DNA from: Octopus sinensis
Lineage: Eukaryota
Assembly: GCF_006345805.1 (NCBI RefSeq)
Contig: NC_043006.1
Coordinates: forward strand, 102,486,001-102,550,000
DNA: 64,000 nt
Direction: 5' to 3'
Position 1 is the stretch's first letter. The number at the start of each line of letters is the position of its first letter. This document shows, in pieces, positions 24,036 through 36,690 of this stretch. Below the pieces are notes generated by a model. The model did not search any database, had not been told where the DNA came from, and was given only the letters and a program-made list of their open reading frames with translations. The position numbers and the translations under genes are program-made.

Positions 24036-27000
24036 GCTGACAACATCATAATTCATCCTTGCGCATGTAAAATCACTAACTGAATATGACTTAGCGTTCC
24101 TACAGAAACCTTCATTTACCTTATACAATGTTTAATGTTGTTTCACATTCCTGTTGAATTATGCAGTCATCTTATGTTCTCTTCGTAGGACACTTGTAAT
24201 GTTTGTATTACCAGTTCTTTTGGTATGGTAGGTTTTTGCTATTCTTGTTTATGTCTCCTCATAGACGTGAATATTCTAACAAGTTGCATCTTAAATTTCA
24301 CACCTCTCTTGTTCAATAAACACTGGATTAAACTTGTAAAGCTGTTTATCTCCTTTTGATTTTTAATGTTTATTTTAGCAGGTTACCAAACTATCAGTTT
24401 GGTCTCCCAGCTAAAACAGTAATGACAAATTTTAAAGTTTGCTTGACATTTTATAAGTGTGAAAGGGATCAAAATTTCGATACTCTGTATCAAAAAAGCA
24501 GTCAAAGGATCTCCTAGATTTCAGCTGAATATTCTTGCTAGCATGGAAAAAGGGATGAACTTGAAATCAATCCAGCAATTCATATTTGATATTCTTTCTC
24601 CATTTTCTCTCCAGTCTCTGAGAATGGCCTAGCTTTTCTTACTACGTAGCATTATATTAAAGAACCTCTAAGGTGGAAAGTTGGCGCGATTGTTTGCATG
24701 TCAGACAAAATGTTAAACAACATTTCTTCTGACTCATTACATTCCAAATTCAAATACAGCTGAGATCAACTTTACCTTTCATCCTTCAAGGGTTGATGAA
24801 ATAAAGTACCAGTTGAACAATGGGGGTCAATGAAATCAAACAAATTTGAGGCTTTATGTCAATAGCAGGAAGAATTTTGCCACCTGACTGGCTCCTGTGC
24901 TGGTGGCACGTAAAAAGTGCCATTTGAGCATGGTCGTTACCAGTGCTGCCTGACTGGCCCTCATGCTGGTGGCATGTAAAAAGCACCCACTACACTCTCA
25001 AAGTGGTTGGCATTAGGAAGGGCATCCATCTGTAGAAACCTTGCCAGATCAGATTGGAGCCTAGTGCAGCCGTCTAGCTTGCCAGTCCTCAGTCAAACTG
25101 TCCAACCCATGCCAGCATGGAAAGTGGACGTTAAACAATGATGATGATACAACCTTGTTGGTCTATCAGAGATCTAATGTTACCGTTTGTCTTTAGGAGA
25201 ATCCCTTTGCTGCAAGCACTTGGAATAGGTTTCTTCTCTGAGATTAGCACAATACACTTTGCATTGCACTGTGCCATAATTTGATACAGAGCCCAAGAGG
25301 AAAACATGAGTAAATCAATCAGGGGGCTACTCTGTTGCTGGAGCTTAATAATATCTTTTTCATCCCCCTCTACATTGTAATTCATGCAATGGCAAGTATA
25401 GGATTTTGATAGGCCCAGCTGTAGCAAGTGATTTGTAGTTGGGTTACTCATGGAGAGATTGAAGCAGTTGTTAGCATTGACCCAGCAGTCTTGGATTTCA
25501 TTCCTTTCCTCTTCACCAATCTCAGAGACCCTGCAAAAGTCATGGATTCTGCCTCTTCCTTTCACTAAGGAATACAAAATCCTCAACTAGAAAGAAGTTA
25601 AATCTTCAAATTATAGAGACCCTTAGAGAGGGAAAGAGAGAGAGAGAGAAGGCCACAGATATCGTTTTAAATACACTAAGTGCAGAAAAAAAATTGATTG
25701 GATGGTCGTAGAATTGTTTATGACTACAGGTCTGCCCTAAGTCTAAAAAAAAAAAAAAAAAAAACAATCTCAGAAAACCTATGAAGCTAAATGCTGCTAT
25801 AATTTAACCCTAAGTCAATCTTTGATCAAATCCATTTCAGCCATGACCATCCAGTCATTTTAGGACAATGTAGAATTAATGGTTCAATAAATTCTTTCCT
25901 TTCTCAAGACAGCATGGAGTAATTAGAGATTGGACTGCTATTTCTAGCAGACTGACCAATTATGCAGAGGCTCCATCATTGGTTTGTCATGAGGTTCTTA
26001 CAGAAACTAGAACATGACAAGATTCTCATAACAGAGCCTGGCATCTAGCGAACACCATCACTAAGTCATCATGACCTACTCACACAACTATCATCAGTCT
26101 CTGTAGTTAGTATTTGTCCTTAAATACTGACACAGTAAATCAGTCAACATATTCATGGCCAAAAAATGTCTACCATACTCGTCAACACCCCTCTATTCAA
26201 AATCCACCCCTATCTTCCCATTTCCTATCTTCATAACAACTACGACACTTGTTTAACGGTGCGTACTATTTTTTGCCTTAAAATTTCTCTTTCCTCTTTT
26301 AACTCAATGATTCCCACCAGTGGGGCATACACCCCACCGGTGGGGCCAAGGACGATTGTGGTAGGGCTTGGTGCTGCAGTCGCCAGGCACAAGGTTCTCA
26401 TTAAAGTGATTCCCTTTTATTTCTTTTGTCAATAATGTACTTTTTTGGGGAAAGTTATAGTGGGTCCTGGGAGAAAATAGGTTGGGAAATGCTACTCCAA
26501 CTTGATAAAAGGTCTGAGCCATAAAGTATGTATAAATGTCTCTTTCCACAGTCCAAGTATACATGTATTTTAGGATTAATATGAATTGACCGAGAGGTCA
26601 CTATTTCATAGTGTGTTGCTGTGACAAAAGAATAGAGATTCTCATAAAAAAGGAGTGGAGATGAGAATGAATAAATATAGAAGTAAGACAAAATTATTAA
26701 CACAACTTTTAACATCCCTCTTGCATGTTGGCATGGGTTTGATGAGTTTGACAAGGTTTGAAGAGTTGGGAGACTGCTTCATGATCTCACGTCTACTTTG
26801 ATATGATTTTTATAGCTGGATGCCCTTTCAAATGTCAACAACTGTGTGTGGACAGGATGTTGAATGCACTTTTGCCAAAGGACAAGAAGCTAAAGCAAAG
26901 AAGCTGAATGGACATAGAGCCAAATGGACACAAAAAAAAAAACAACATTCCTATCTACATAGTTTAATGACCAGTTCTTTAAATTTGGCACTTAAAATTT

Positions 27001-28404
27001 AATGAGTTTAAATTTTAATTTTTGTGTATCTTTCCAGCATCTGTTCAGCATTATGTCCATTTAGCTTCTTGTCCCTTGGCAAAAGTGCATTCAGTATCCT
27101 GTCCATGTACTGCCAACCACATAATAGAAGGTACTGGATATTCCCGTTTCATGACACCAGCACTAGTGAGGTTGCCATGTAACGAACTTAGTATAGAGGC
27201 AGGCAGCTCTAGGCTAGATGTTGAAAGGCTAAATCATGACAAAAGGGGCAAGAACAGGTTTCTTGCTGTAGATGAGACACATGGCTTCCTCTTAATATAT
27301 GGTGAGAATAACTGAGGCTGGAGCTGGAAAGATGAAAGAGTGAGAGGGTGGGGATAGAAGAACAGGATGTGGGGGGGGGTAGTTGGGAACAGAAATTACA
27401 AAAGTATATGGGATGGTTGGTTAATGAAATACAATGAATTAAGTTTGGTGATGAAAAAAAAATGGTGGATGAATATTTACAGGAAAAGGAATGGTTATTT
27501 TCTAATATCTAATCCTTTTGATATCAATCCTCTTGAAATTGCCCCAGGATCTTTCACCAAAATTCCATGCTAAATCCTGTTCCAAATATCAACTTAATAA
27601 TGACTAAATTATTTAAAATTTTTTTTCACCTTGATCAAAATTTATTGAAACAAAGACTATAATTTTAACAGAAATATCTTAATGAAAATGTTAGGAAACA
27701 TCTATGTTTATGTGAACCAGACATTATATCATTTGCAAGTTTGTTTGTTAAACTAGCACTCTGACAAGGGTCCCAGTTGATCTGATCAATGGAACAGTCT
27801 ACTTGTGATATTAATGTGCAAATGGCTGAGCACTCTACAGACATGGGTATCCTTAATATAGTTCTCAGGGAGATTCAGTAGAACATAATGTGACAAGGCT
27901 GGTCCTTTGAAATATGGGCACAACTCATTTTTGCCAGCTGAGTGGACTGGAGCAACACGAAAAAGCATCTTGTCTAAGAACACAATGGGAATAGAACTGA
28001 TGAACACTCAGCCACGCATAGAATGCACTATAATAAGTTTTAGCATTTGAGAAGTTTGGTTCTCACCCTCATGGGTTTAGTCCCACTACATGGCACCTTG
28101 GACATGAGACTTATACTATAGTTCTGGGCCAGAACTTGTGAATAAGAGATCCCTAACATAAAAAAAAAACAGGTAAGGGTGGGGAAAATGGAAGGGTGTG
28201 TGGCTGTAAAATAATGCCTCAATAACAAATTAATTTAACCCATGCTAACATGGAAAAACAAAAACAAAATCTATTTTGATAAGTGCTTGTAACTCAAAGT
28301 GTTTCCGATTTTGGAATGATTGAATATTTTCATTTATATAAAAATAGCAACACCATTAGCATGAGACCTCTGTGTAAACACACTTTCCCTTATACAACTT
28401 ACAG

Positions 28405-28633
28405 CAGTGGTTCTTAACCGGGGTCCATACAAGATTTTGTTGTTAAAATTGATGTGCAATAAATAGGTTATAATTCTACAATTCCCAAAATATTAAAATT
28501 TTTATACAATTCATAACATTATTTAATCATAAAAATATATGATCTTTTTTAAAACATCAAATGGCTAGAGGATCTGTCCAAGTGAAATAGGAAACAAAAG
28601 GGACCATAAGGGAAAAATGATTGTAAAACACTG
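28405..28633. mobile_element. hAT-like MITE, degenerate relative of 1355-1668
   Basis: Starts CAGTGGTTCTTAACCGGGGTCCA, ends AAAACACTG. Confidence 0.55.
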
Positions 28634-29236
28634 GTTTATACAAATATATTACTCTTTTATTCCTTCACGGTTCTGTCACTTGACTGCAGCCATGCTGGAG
28701 CACTGACCCTACAGCTTATTCTTTGTAAGCCTAGTACTTATTCTATCAGTCTATTTTGCCAAACTGCTAAGTTACATATATACATATATGGCAGGCTTCT
28801 TTCAGTTTCCATCTACCAAATCCACTCACAAGGCTTTGGTCAGCTGGAGGCTATAGTAGAAGACACTTGCCCAAGGTGCCACGTAGTGGGAATGAACTCA
28901 GAACCATGTAGTTGGGAAGTAAGTTTCTTTATTTCATCAAATTAGCCATAAAGGCTTTACATAGGACACTACAACACATGTGGGGACATATAACAATTAA
29001 AAATATACAAAAATTAAATATGATATAATGAATGACACATGAAAATGAAAAACTAGAGTTATATCGAAAGAATGCCAAATTTTGCTTAATATATTTCGCA
29101 TTGTTCATTTCTTAATAAGAAAGTTGAAAACAAAACCGCATGGGGAGGGGAAGTCACGGTTGGAACATACGTTGGAAGTTCATGTATGCAAAATGACTTC
29201 AACAGTGAAGTATTTTTCAAATTTTAAATAGTTTTT

Positions 29237-29814
29237 GGTTAATATCTAGATCCGCACCCGGTGGAAAAAATGGAAACGCAAATGTGTAACAGTATATATA
29301 TGTGTGTGTGTATATATATGTGTGTGTGTATATATGTGTGTGTGTATATATATGTGTGTGTGTATATATATGTGTGTGTGTGTATATATATGTGTGTGTG
29401 TATATATATGTGTGTGTGTGTATATATATGTGTGTGTGTATATATATATATGTGTGTATATATATGTGTGTGTGTGTGTATATATATGTGTGTGTGTGTG
29501 TATATATATGTGTGTGTATATATATGTGTGTGTATATATATGTGTGTGTATATATATGTGTGTATATATATATATGTGTGTATATATATGTGTGTGTATG
29601 TATATATGTGTATGTATGTATATATGTGTGTGTATGTATATATGTGTGTGTATGTATATATATGTGTGTGTATGTATATATATATGTGTGTGTATGTATA
29701 TATGTGTGTATGTATATATATGTGTGTGTATGTATATATATGTGTATGTATGTATATATATGTGTATGTATATATGTGTATTTTTTCCACCGGGTGCGGA
29801 TCTAGATATTAACC
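29237..29814. mobile_element. MITE with perfect 35-bp TIRs and 8-bp TSD, body mostly microsatellite (Merlin-like termini)
   Basis: GGTTAATATCTAGATCCGCACCCGGTGGAAAAAAT at 29237-29271 and its reverse complement at 29780-29814; TAGTTTTT at 29229-29236 and 29815-29822. Confidence 0.85.
29293..29779. repeat. Compound (TA)n/(TG)n microsatellite, ~490 bp
   Basis: Directly visible; source of the spurious long ORFs at 29239-29869. Confidence 0.97.
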
Positions 29815-30057
29815 TAGTTTTTTTTCTTTGGTTCGGACCGTAAAGTCGGGTGGATGAAAAGAGACGCAAAACAGGAGCTAATTAAATGTAATTAACGAAC
29901 TTAGTTTATAATTGAAAAACATTCTGCGGTTTGTAGCCGTCAGAATAAAGAAAAAAGAATACGATCCAAGATTTTGTGATATAAACATATATTTCAGCAA
30001 AAAATCATTAGCTATTAATTAAGAAATAAAAGTTCCCAAAAGACATTCAACACAAAC

Positions 30058-30123
30058 CTCGAATAACGCGATGATGAGTTGAGAGTCATCAGCTGTTGCT
30101 GGTCGCGAGACAATTACCGCCAT
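30058..30123 (-). CDS. SAT/SSAT-like GNAT gene A exon 1: MAVIVSRPATADDSQLIIALFE
   Basis: 66-nt coding exon ending GAG/gtttgt; aligns with SAT1 [22 protein letters not shown]; homologous to 59619-59687. Confidence 0.85.
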
Positions 30124-30313
30124 CCTCTTGAAATAACACGGTGTTGACAATGAACAGTCTCTTTTATTTTTTGTTCCGACCAATCAAGTCCATATAACAA
30201 TGCTATGGCCTCCGCGTAGATCAGTGAAGATACCAGATTCCCGTCCAACATTCCCATTGAAATGTTCTTAAATAAATTAACATAAGACATTCAACAGTAC
30301 TTTTATAACAGTA

Positions 30314-30696
30314 CTTATTTACTTGTATTTTGTGGCGACATTCACCCTGGGGGGTTGAGTCGGCTTCTTCTACTCGTGGAAGAAGTTTCGTGGGAATATG
30401 TGGATTTTACAAGCGGTCCCCAACAATCCCGCATGTAGAGACATCCTGTTTGCCGCAGATTGTCCCCACACGCAGGGTCAGAACGACCGAGGAGCCGTCG
30501 GTTGCCGAAGCAGACACTCCGAAGATTTTCACCAGAGCCCCGTCTGCCGGGTTGTGGCCCTAATACCACTCGGTGTCAGACCAATCCGCCTTGGGTGGCC
30601 CTACCAGGAACCGAAGTTCCCAACGGCATAGCTCTGACACTACCCGTTGCCAGCATCCCCACCACGGTGAGGAGGGGATGGACTTTGGGGGCGCCT
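30314..30696 (-). mobile_element. GC-rich retroposon insertion upstream of gene A start
   Basis: 13-bp TSD TTTTATAACAGTA (30301-30313, 30697-30709); A-rich tail on the minus strand; empty site near 59805 in gene B. Confidence 0.75.
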
Positions 30697-31087
30697 TTTA
30701 TAACAGTATCTTAAATCTGAAAATCCAGAAGTGTCAAGAAAACGTAAAAAAAAATTAAAATAAAATAATTTACTTTCAAATAAATTAGTTCTGATTCTGT
30801 AGAGAAAAATGATGATAAAATAAATTCTAAGATAGTGTGGTAAATTTTTGAATTTGCGAAACAGTAGCCTGGAGGGTTGTGCTGCTTGTGTACCAGCATT
30901 AAAAGTTTCATGTTTGCATATCATACTAGTTGCTGGTTTGTTGAATTCTAGGAGGTGCTTATTCCAAACAAAATCGATACATGATGGACATATGACAAAG
31001 GATTTCAAAGCAGATTTCCGTAGCACAGGGATAACAGTGTTTTGTCCCATATTCTTGATAAGAACATATGTTAAATTTATTTAAGAA

Positions 31088-34000
31088 CATTTTAATGGGC
31101 ATGTTGGGCGGAAATCTGGCATCTTCACTGATGAACACGGAGGCCATAGCATTGGTTCTCGGAATGATGAGGGAATTAGGCTACTGGCGTTCTGTGATGC
31201 ATGTAACCTTTTAATCTGCAACACTAAGTTCAGGAAGCCAGACAGCCACCTGATAACCTATCAATCACGGGACTCTGCTAGCCAGATTGATTTCATCCTC
31301 ACCAGACAGCGGGATGTAGGGTTGCTCTTAAATACAAAGACCCTCCCAGGTGAGGAATGCACGCCCCCACCCTGCCCCAGTATAGACTAGTCATTAGTGA
31401 CTTTCGACTTGAGACCAGGAAGATGCCTAGAAGCAGAAGAGAAGGATTTGGAAAAAGAACCCTTTGCATGGTCAGAGATTTAGGGACATACTCATCAAGA
31501 AATTTGATGAGAGGGAAGAGGAACTACAGTTCTCGGACATAGAGGGTAGCTGGAAATTCTTAAAGGGACAGCTTACTGAGTGCCACAGCCCATGTCTACA
31601 GATGGTGCAAAGTACTTTCCGGACCTAGAGTAACATGGTGGTGGAATTATACAGTAGAAAAAGCCATCAGAGCAAAGAACTAGGCATGGAAAGCCTGGAA
31701 GGGTTGGGGTAGCAGGGAACCATACAAGATAGCCAAAAGGGAGGCTGGGCGACAGGTATACATAGCCAAGGGTGAAGCAGAAAACAAGTTTGCCAATGTC
31801 CAGTGATGTGAGGACCAAAGAACTGAAGTATTCCAGATTGCAAGACAGTGTGTGAGAGAAAATTGTGATGTCACAGGAGAGAAATGTATGCGCATGGATG
31901 ATGGTGCACTTGCTTTTAATGATTTGGAAAAGGAAGAGGCTTGGAGGAGCCATTATGAAAGACTGGTGAACATGGAGAATGGGTGGGAGGAGGAGAGCCT
32001 GCCAAATGTTGATCCAGTAGAGGGACCAGCTATCCGAATAGACAGCACCCTGGTAGATAAAGCAATTATGGATATGAAGTCAGGAAAAGCCCCCCAGCCC
32101 ATCAGGAATCACCGCTGAGATGCTTAAAACATCTGGTGGTGTGGGCTTTGGCCTAATCACCTGTATTGTAAACCAGGTAGTTCATGACGGAGTCATACCC
32201 AATGACTGGCATAGCAGCACCTTAGTCAACTGCTATAAAGATAAAGGCAATGCTTTAGATAGAAATAACTACAGGGGTATCAAACTGCTGGATTAGGTGA
32301 TGAAGGTCACGGAGAGTGTCATAGCCCAACTAACTAGGGAGAGAGTCTGCTTAGATGAGATGCAGTTCGGTTTTGTGCCAGGTAGAAGCACCACTGATGC
32401 TATATTTCTGGTACGGCAACTGCAGGAGAAATACCTAGCGAAAGATAAACCCCTATATTTAGCTTTTGTGGACTTAGAGAAAACCTTTGACAGGGTCCCC
32501 CAATCCCTTATCTGGTGGGTAATGCAGAAACTGGGGATTGATGAATGGCTAATAAGGGCTGTACAGGCTCTATACAGAGATGCCGTCAATAGGGTTAGGA
32601 TTGGAAATAAGTATAGTGAAGAATTCTGGGTAGAAGTAGGGGTCCACCAAGGATCAGCGCTCAGCCTCCTCTTATTCATCATAATCCTCCAGGCAATAAC
32701 AGAGGAATTCAAGACAGGTTTCCCCTGGGAACTCCTCTATACTGATGATCTGGTCCTCATAGCAGAATCACTACTAGAACTTCAAGTTTGGAAGCAAGGT
32801 TTAGAATCGAAGGGCCTTAGAGTCAATGTTGCAAAAACCAAAGTTCTAGTAAGTAGGAATGTGAACAAATCACAAACCCTTTCAGGTAGGTGGCCCTGCT
32901 CGATCTGTAGAAAAGGTGTAGGTAGAAATTCCATAAGATGTACCCAGTGTAAGCTATGGACACATAAGAGGTGCAACAACATCAAAGGAAGATTAACTGG
33001 GAAGATAGTTTTCACGTGCAGCAGATGCACAGGGGCAATAAACACCACAGATGCTCAGAAAACAGATTCCATCACATGCCAGGGGGAGAAACTAGAAGTA
33101 GTTGATAGCTTCTGCTACCTAGCTAACCAAGTCTGTAGTGGAGTTGGATGCTCAGAGAGTGTTACCACTAAAATAAGAATAGCTTGGGCAAAGTTCAGAG
33201 TGCTTCTACCCCTACTGGTGACAAAGAGCCTCTCGCTCAGAGTGAAAGGTAGATTGTATGATGCATGTGTACGAACTGCTAGGCTTCATGGCAGTGAAAC
33301 ATGGGCCGTGACTGCTGAAGACATGCATTGGCTTGAAAGAAATGAAGGTAGCATGATCCGCTGGATGTGTAATGTCAGTGTGCACATATGACAGAGTGTA
33401 AGTGCCCTGAGAGAAATGGTAGACTTTAGAAGCACCAGATGTGGAGTGCAAGAGAGACGTTTGTGTTGGTATGGTCATGTACTGTGGATGGATGAGGAAA
33501 GAAGCCAGGGTAGAGGGAGACCCAGAAATACACGGGATGAAGTGGTGAAGCATGACCTTCGAACGTTGGGCCTCACAAAGGCAATGACAAAAGAGTGAGA
33601 CCTCTGGAGGTATGCTGTGACTGAGAAGACCCAGCAAATAAAGTGACTTCACAGCTGTAACCTACACCAGTGTCGCATAACCAGCCTACTCAAAAGTACC
33701 TTGGATTGTAGGGCAACAGGCTGTGCTTGAGGAGACCTATTGAGTCAAGTACGTCAACATCAGCAATATCAAAATCAAATCAAATGGAAATTGTAGTTGT
33801 GAGCCCCGTGCCAGTAGCATGTAAAATGCACTCTCTGGACATGACCGATGCCAGTGCCGCCTTGACTGGCTTCCGTACCGGTGGTACATAAAAATCACCG
33901 TCTTATTGTGGTCGATGCCAGCTACTCTGGCCCCTTGTGCTGGTGGCACGTAAAAAGCACCCACTACACTCTCAGAGTGGTTGGTGTTAGGAAGGGCATC

Positions 34001-34113
34001 CAGCTATAGAAACACTGCCAGATCAGATTGGGGCCTGGTACAGCCTCTTGGCTTCCCAGACCCCAGTTGAACCGTCCAACCCATGCTAGCATGGAAAACG
34101 GACGATGATGATT
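31088..34113 (+). mobile_element. 5'-truncated, decayed RTE-type LINE (APE remnant, RT, Cys-rich insert, 3' UTR with (GAT)n tail)
   Basis: FNGHVG and SQIDFILTR endonuclease motifs; ORF 32297-33391 with QFGF.PGRSTTDAIF, HQGS.LS.LLF and YTDD; several stops and frameshifts. Confidence 0.9.
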
Positions 34114-35790
34114 ATGTTTTGTTTTTATATGGAAATTCTAGAAAAGTTCAATTATTGTGAGGAGTGATCGGCTTAAGTTTTAAGCTTGTTTTTTTCATTC
34201 TCTGATAGTGAGGTTGATAAGAAATGCAGTGTTGAAATTCAAGTAATTCAAAGTAGCAATATCTTTTTCACTATCAGCTGAAGGACAAGTGTAACATCAT
34301 AGCATTTGACCTACATATGTGTGTGTGTGTGTGTGTATTTATACAAAGTAGAGGAAAATGAAAACACAAATCCTACGCAATCAACCAAATTCCTGAACAC
34401 ATAAATGAAGATATTCAATCAATGTAATTGAATATTATATATTTATATACATCAGTATAAATCATGCATGTACAGGCATAAAGATTCTCCAAGGGTATAA
34501 AGAATAAAACCAAACATACAAATCAAACCCGTGACCCTATGATCATGAGCCAAATGCCCCAAACACTAAGCCATGCGTAGAATGCAATATAATATGTTTT
34601 AGTGTTTGAGAAGCCTTAGTCTTCAACCTCATGATTTTGGGTTCAGTTCCACTACATGACATCTTCTACTATAGTTCTGGGCCAACTAAAGCCTTGTGAG
34701 TGGATCTGGTAGAGAAAAACTGAATGAAACCCATCATAGTCCTTCAAAGACCTGTAGAGTAAGAGATTCCTAGCATGAAAAATAGGTGAAAATGGCAAAA
34801 TGGCAGAGCATCTAGCTGTAAAACAATACTTTAATATTATGCCAATTTAACCCGTCCTAACATGGACAAACAAAGGTGAAATCTTCTTTGATAATCCTTT
34901 ACTCAAAATGCTTGTAATTTAAAGTGTTGCAGATTTTAGAATTATTGAAAATTTTCAATTATATAAAATGGGACACCATCAGCATGAGACACCTGTCTCA
35001 ACACTGTCCCTAATACAGTTTGTACGTATACATTATGAAGATATTTTTAATATAAAAATGTGATGCTTGTCTACTTTCACTTTAGAAAACATTAGGTTTT
35101 ACACCCAAACAACTCTACCAATTGCTCTTTCATTTTGGATTATCAACCAAATAAACCATTTACACAACATATCTTTTTTTAAACTCAAAATGCACACCTT
35201 TTATAAAGGTATGTGGTGGTGGTGGTGGTGGTGGTGGTGAGGAAACTGTTTTTCTGTGAGCTGAGCCTTTACATATTTTCCATTCGCGGCACTTCTCTCA
35301 GTTGATAAAATTTGGTGGGGTTTCTCAATTTTGGATGCAAAAAAGACTATCAACTTTTTTTTATTCTTATATCTGCTCCCAGTAACCCATCCAACTATCA
35401 ATCAGTGAAAACATCGGAGAGAGTCTTAACTATTTTTGTTTTCTCGTTAATGTTGTACATTTACATCAAAATGATTTTAATCACCATCAGCAATTTTAGT
35501 CAGTTTTGATTTTCCATGTGTTTCTGCATTGGATAGAGGTAAGGGTCCAACATTGTGTGCTTTGGAATATGAGTCATTATGTATCTTTTTCTTTTACTTG
35601 TTTCTGCCATTGGACTGTGGCCATGTTGGGGCATTGCCTTGAAGAGTTTAGTCAAATAAATTGCAGCCAGTACTTATTCTATCGGTTTCTTTTGTTGAAC
35701 AGCTAAGTTACGTGGACATACAGAAATCAAAACTGGTTATCAAGTGGGGAAGGTACGCAAACACAAAGACACCCACAGATATATACATAC

Positions 35791-35826
<36 letters not shown>

Positions 35827-36690
35827 TAAATGAAAGAATTTCCACACAAGAACTCGGAGTCTCTACCCTTGACAGGTTGCTTCAACCGTGTTTTCTGATG
35901 TGAATTTGCTACACAGGTATCGTTTAAACGAATTTTCCATGCTAGGATAATTCATTCACCTACTTATATATATATATCACATCGCATTCTTCTTTCAGTT
36001 TTTGTCTAATAAAATCCACTCAGAAAGCTTTAGTTAACCCGTGGTTATAGTAGATGACACTTTCCCTAGGTTGTTTGTTTTATGTCAGCTTTTCCTTGCT
36101 GGTATGGGTTGGACAGAGAGTTATTGCAGCAATATTTTATTGCCTAGAGGTGGTGAGCTGGCAGAAACGTTAGCATGCTGGGTGAAATGCATAGTGGTAT
36201 TTCGTCTGTCTCTACGTTCTGAGTTCAAATTCTGCTGAGGTTGGCTTTGATTTTCATCCTCTCAGGGTTAATAAATTAAGTACCAGTTGCATACTGGAGT
36301 CGATCTAATCGACTGGCCCTCTCCCCCAAAATTTCGGGCCTTGTGCCTAGAATAGAAAAGAATATTTTATTGCCAGATATCCTTTCTGTATCTCTGTTTT
36401 TGAAATAAGCAATTATTCTTTTATTCCTTGAGTCGTTGCAAAAGCAAAATGACAGAAAGTATTGTTTGCAAGAAATGTAAGTGTGACCCTTTTACTTGCA
36501 CAGTATCAAGCAAGGGACACACAGAATGTGAGCATTTATATACATCATCATCGTTTAACATCCGCTTTCCATACTGGCATGGGTTACAACCAAAAACTGT
36601 TACAAGGCATCAGTTAGTCTGTTTTTATAGTAGGAGGCATCTTCTCAAAGTGATAGTAGTATAAAAATAGGATCACATGCGGTCGTATCG

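Noticed and set aside
29239-29869. Five overlapping 167-207 aa ORFs
   Set aside because: They are translations of the TA/TG microsatellite (YIHT/CVYI repeats), which lacks stop codons.
30314-30696. HDV-like ribozyme in the GC-rich retroposon (UCCUCG loop, GUCAGAG/UUCUGAC helix)
   Set aside because: I could not build the nested double pseudoknot: the candidate P1 is followed by CC rather than the GG needed for P1.1, and the other candidate is too short. A covariance search would settle it.
35201-35401. ORF ending in a poly-His tract
   Set aside because: The His run comes from a (GGT)n microsatellite; no splice or homology support.
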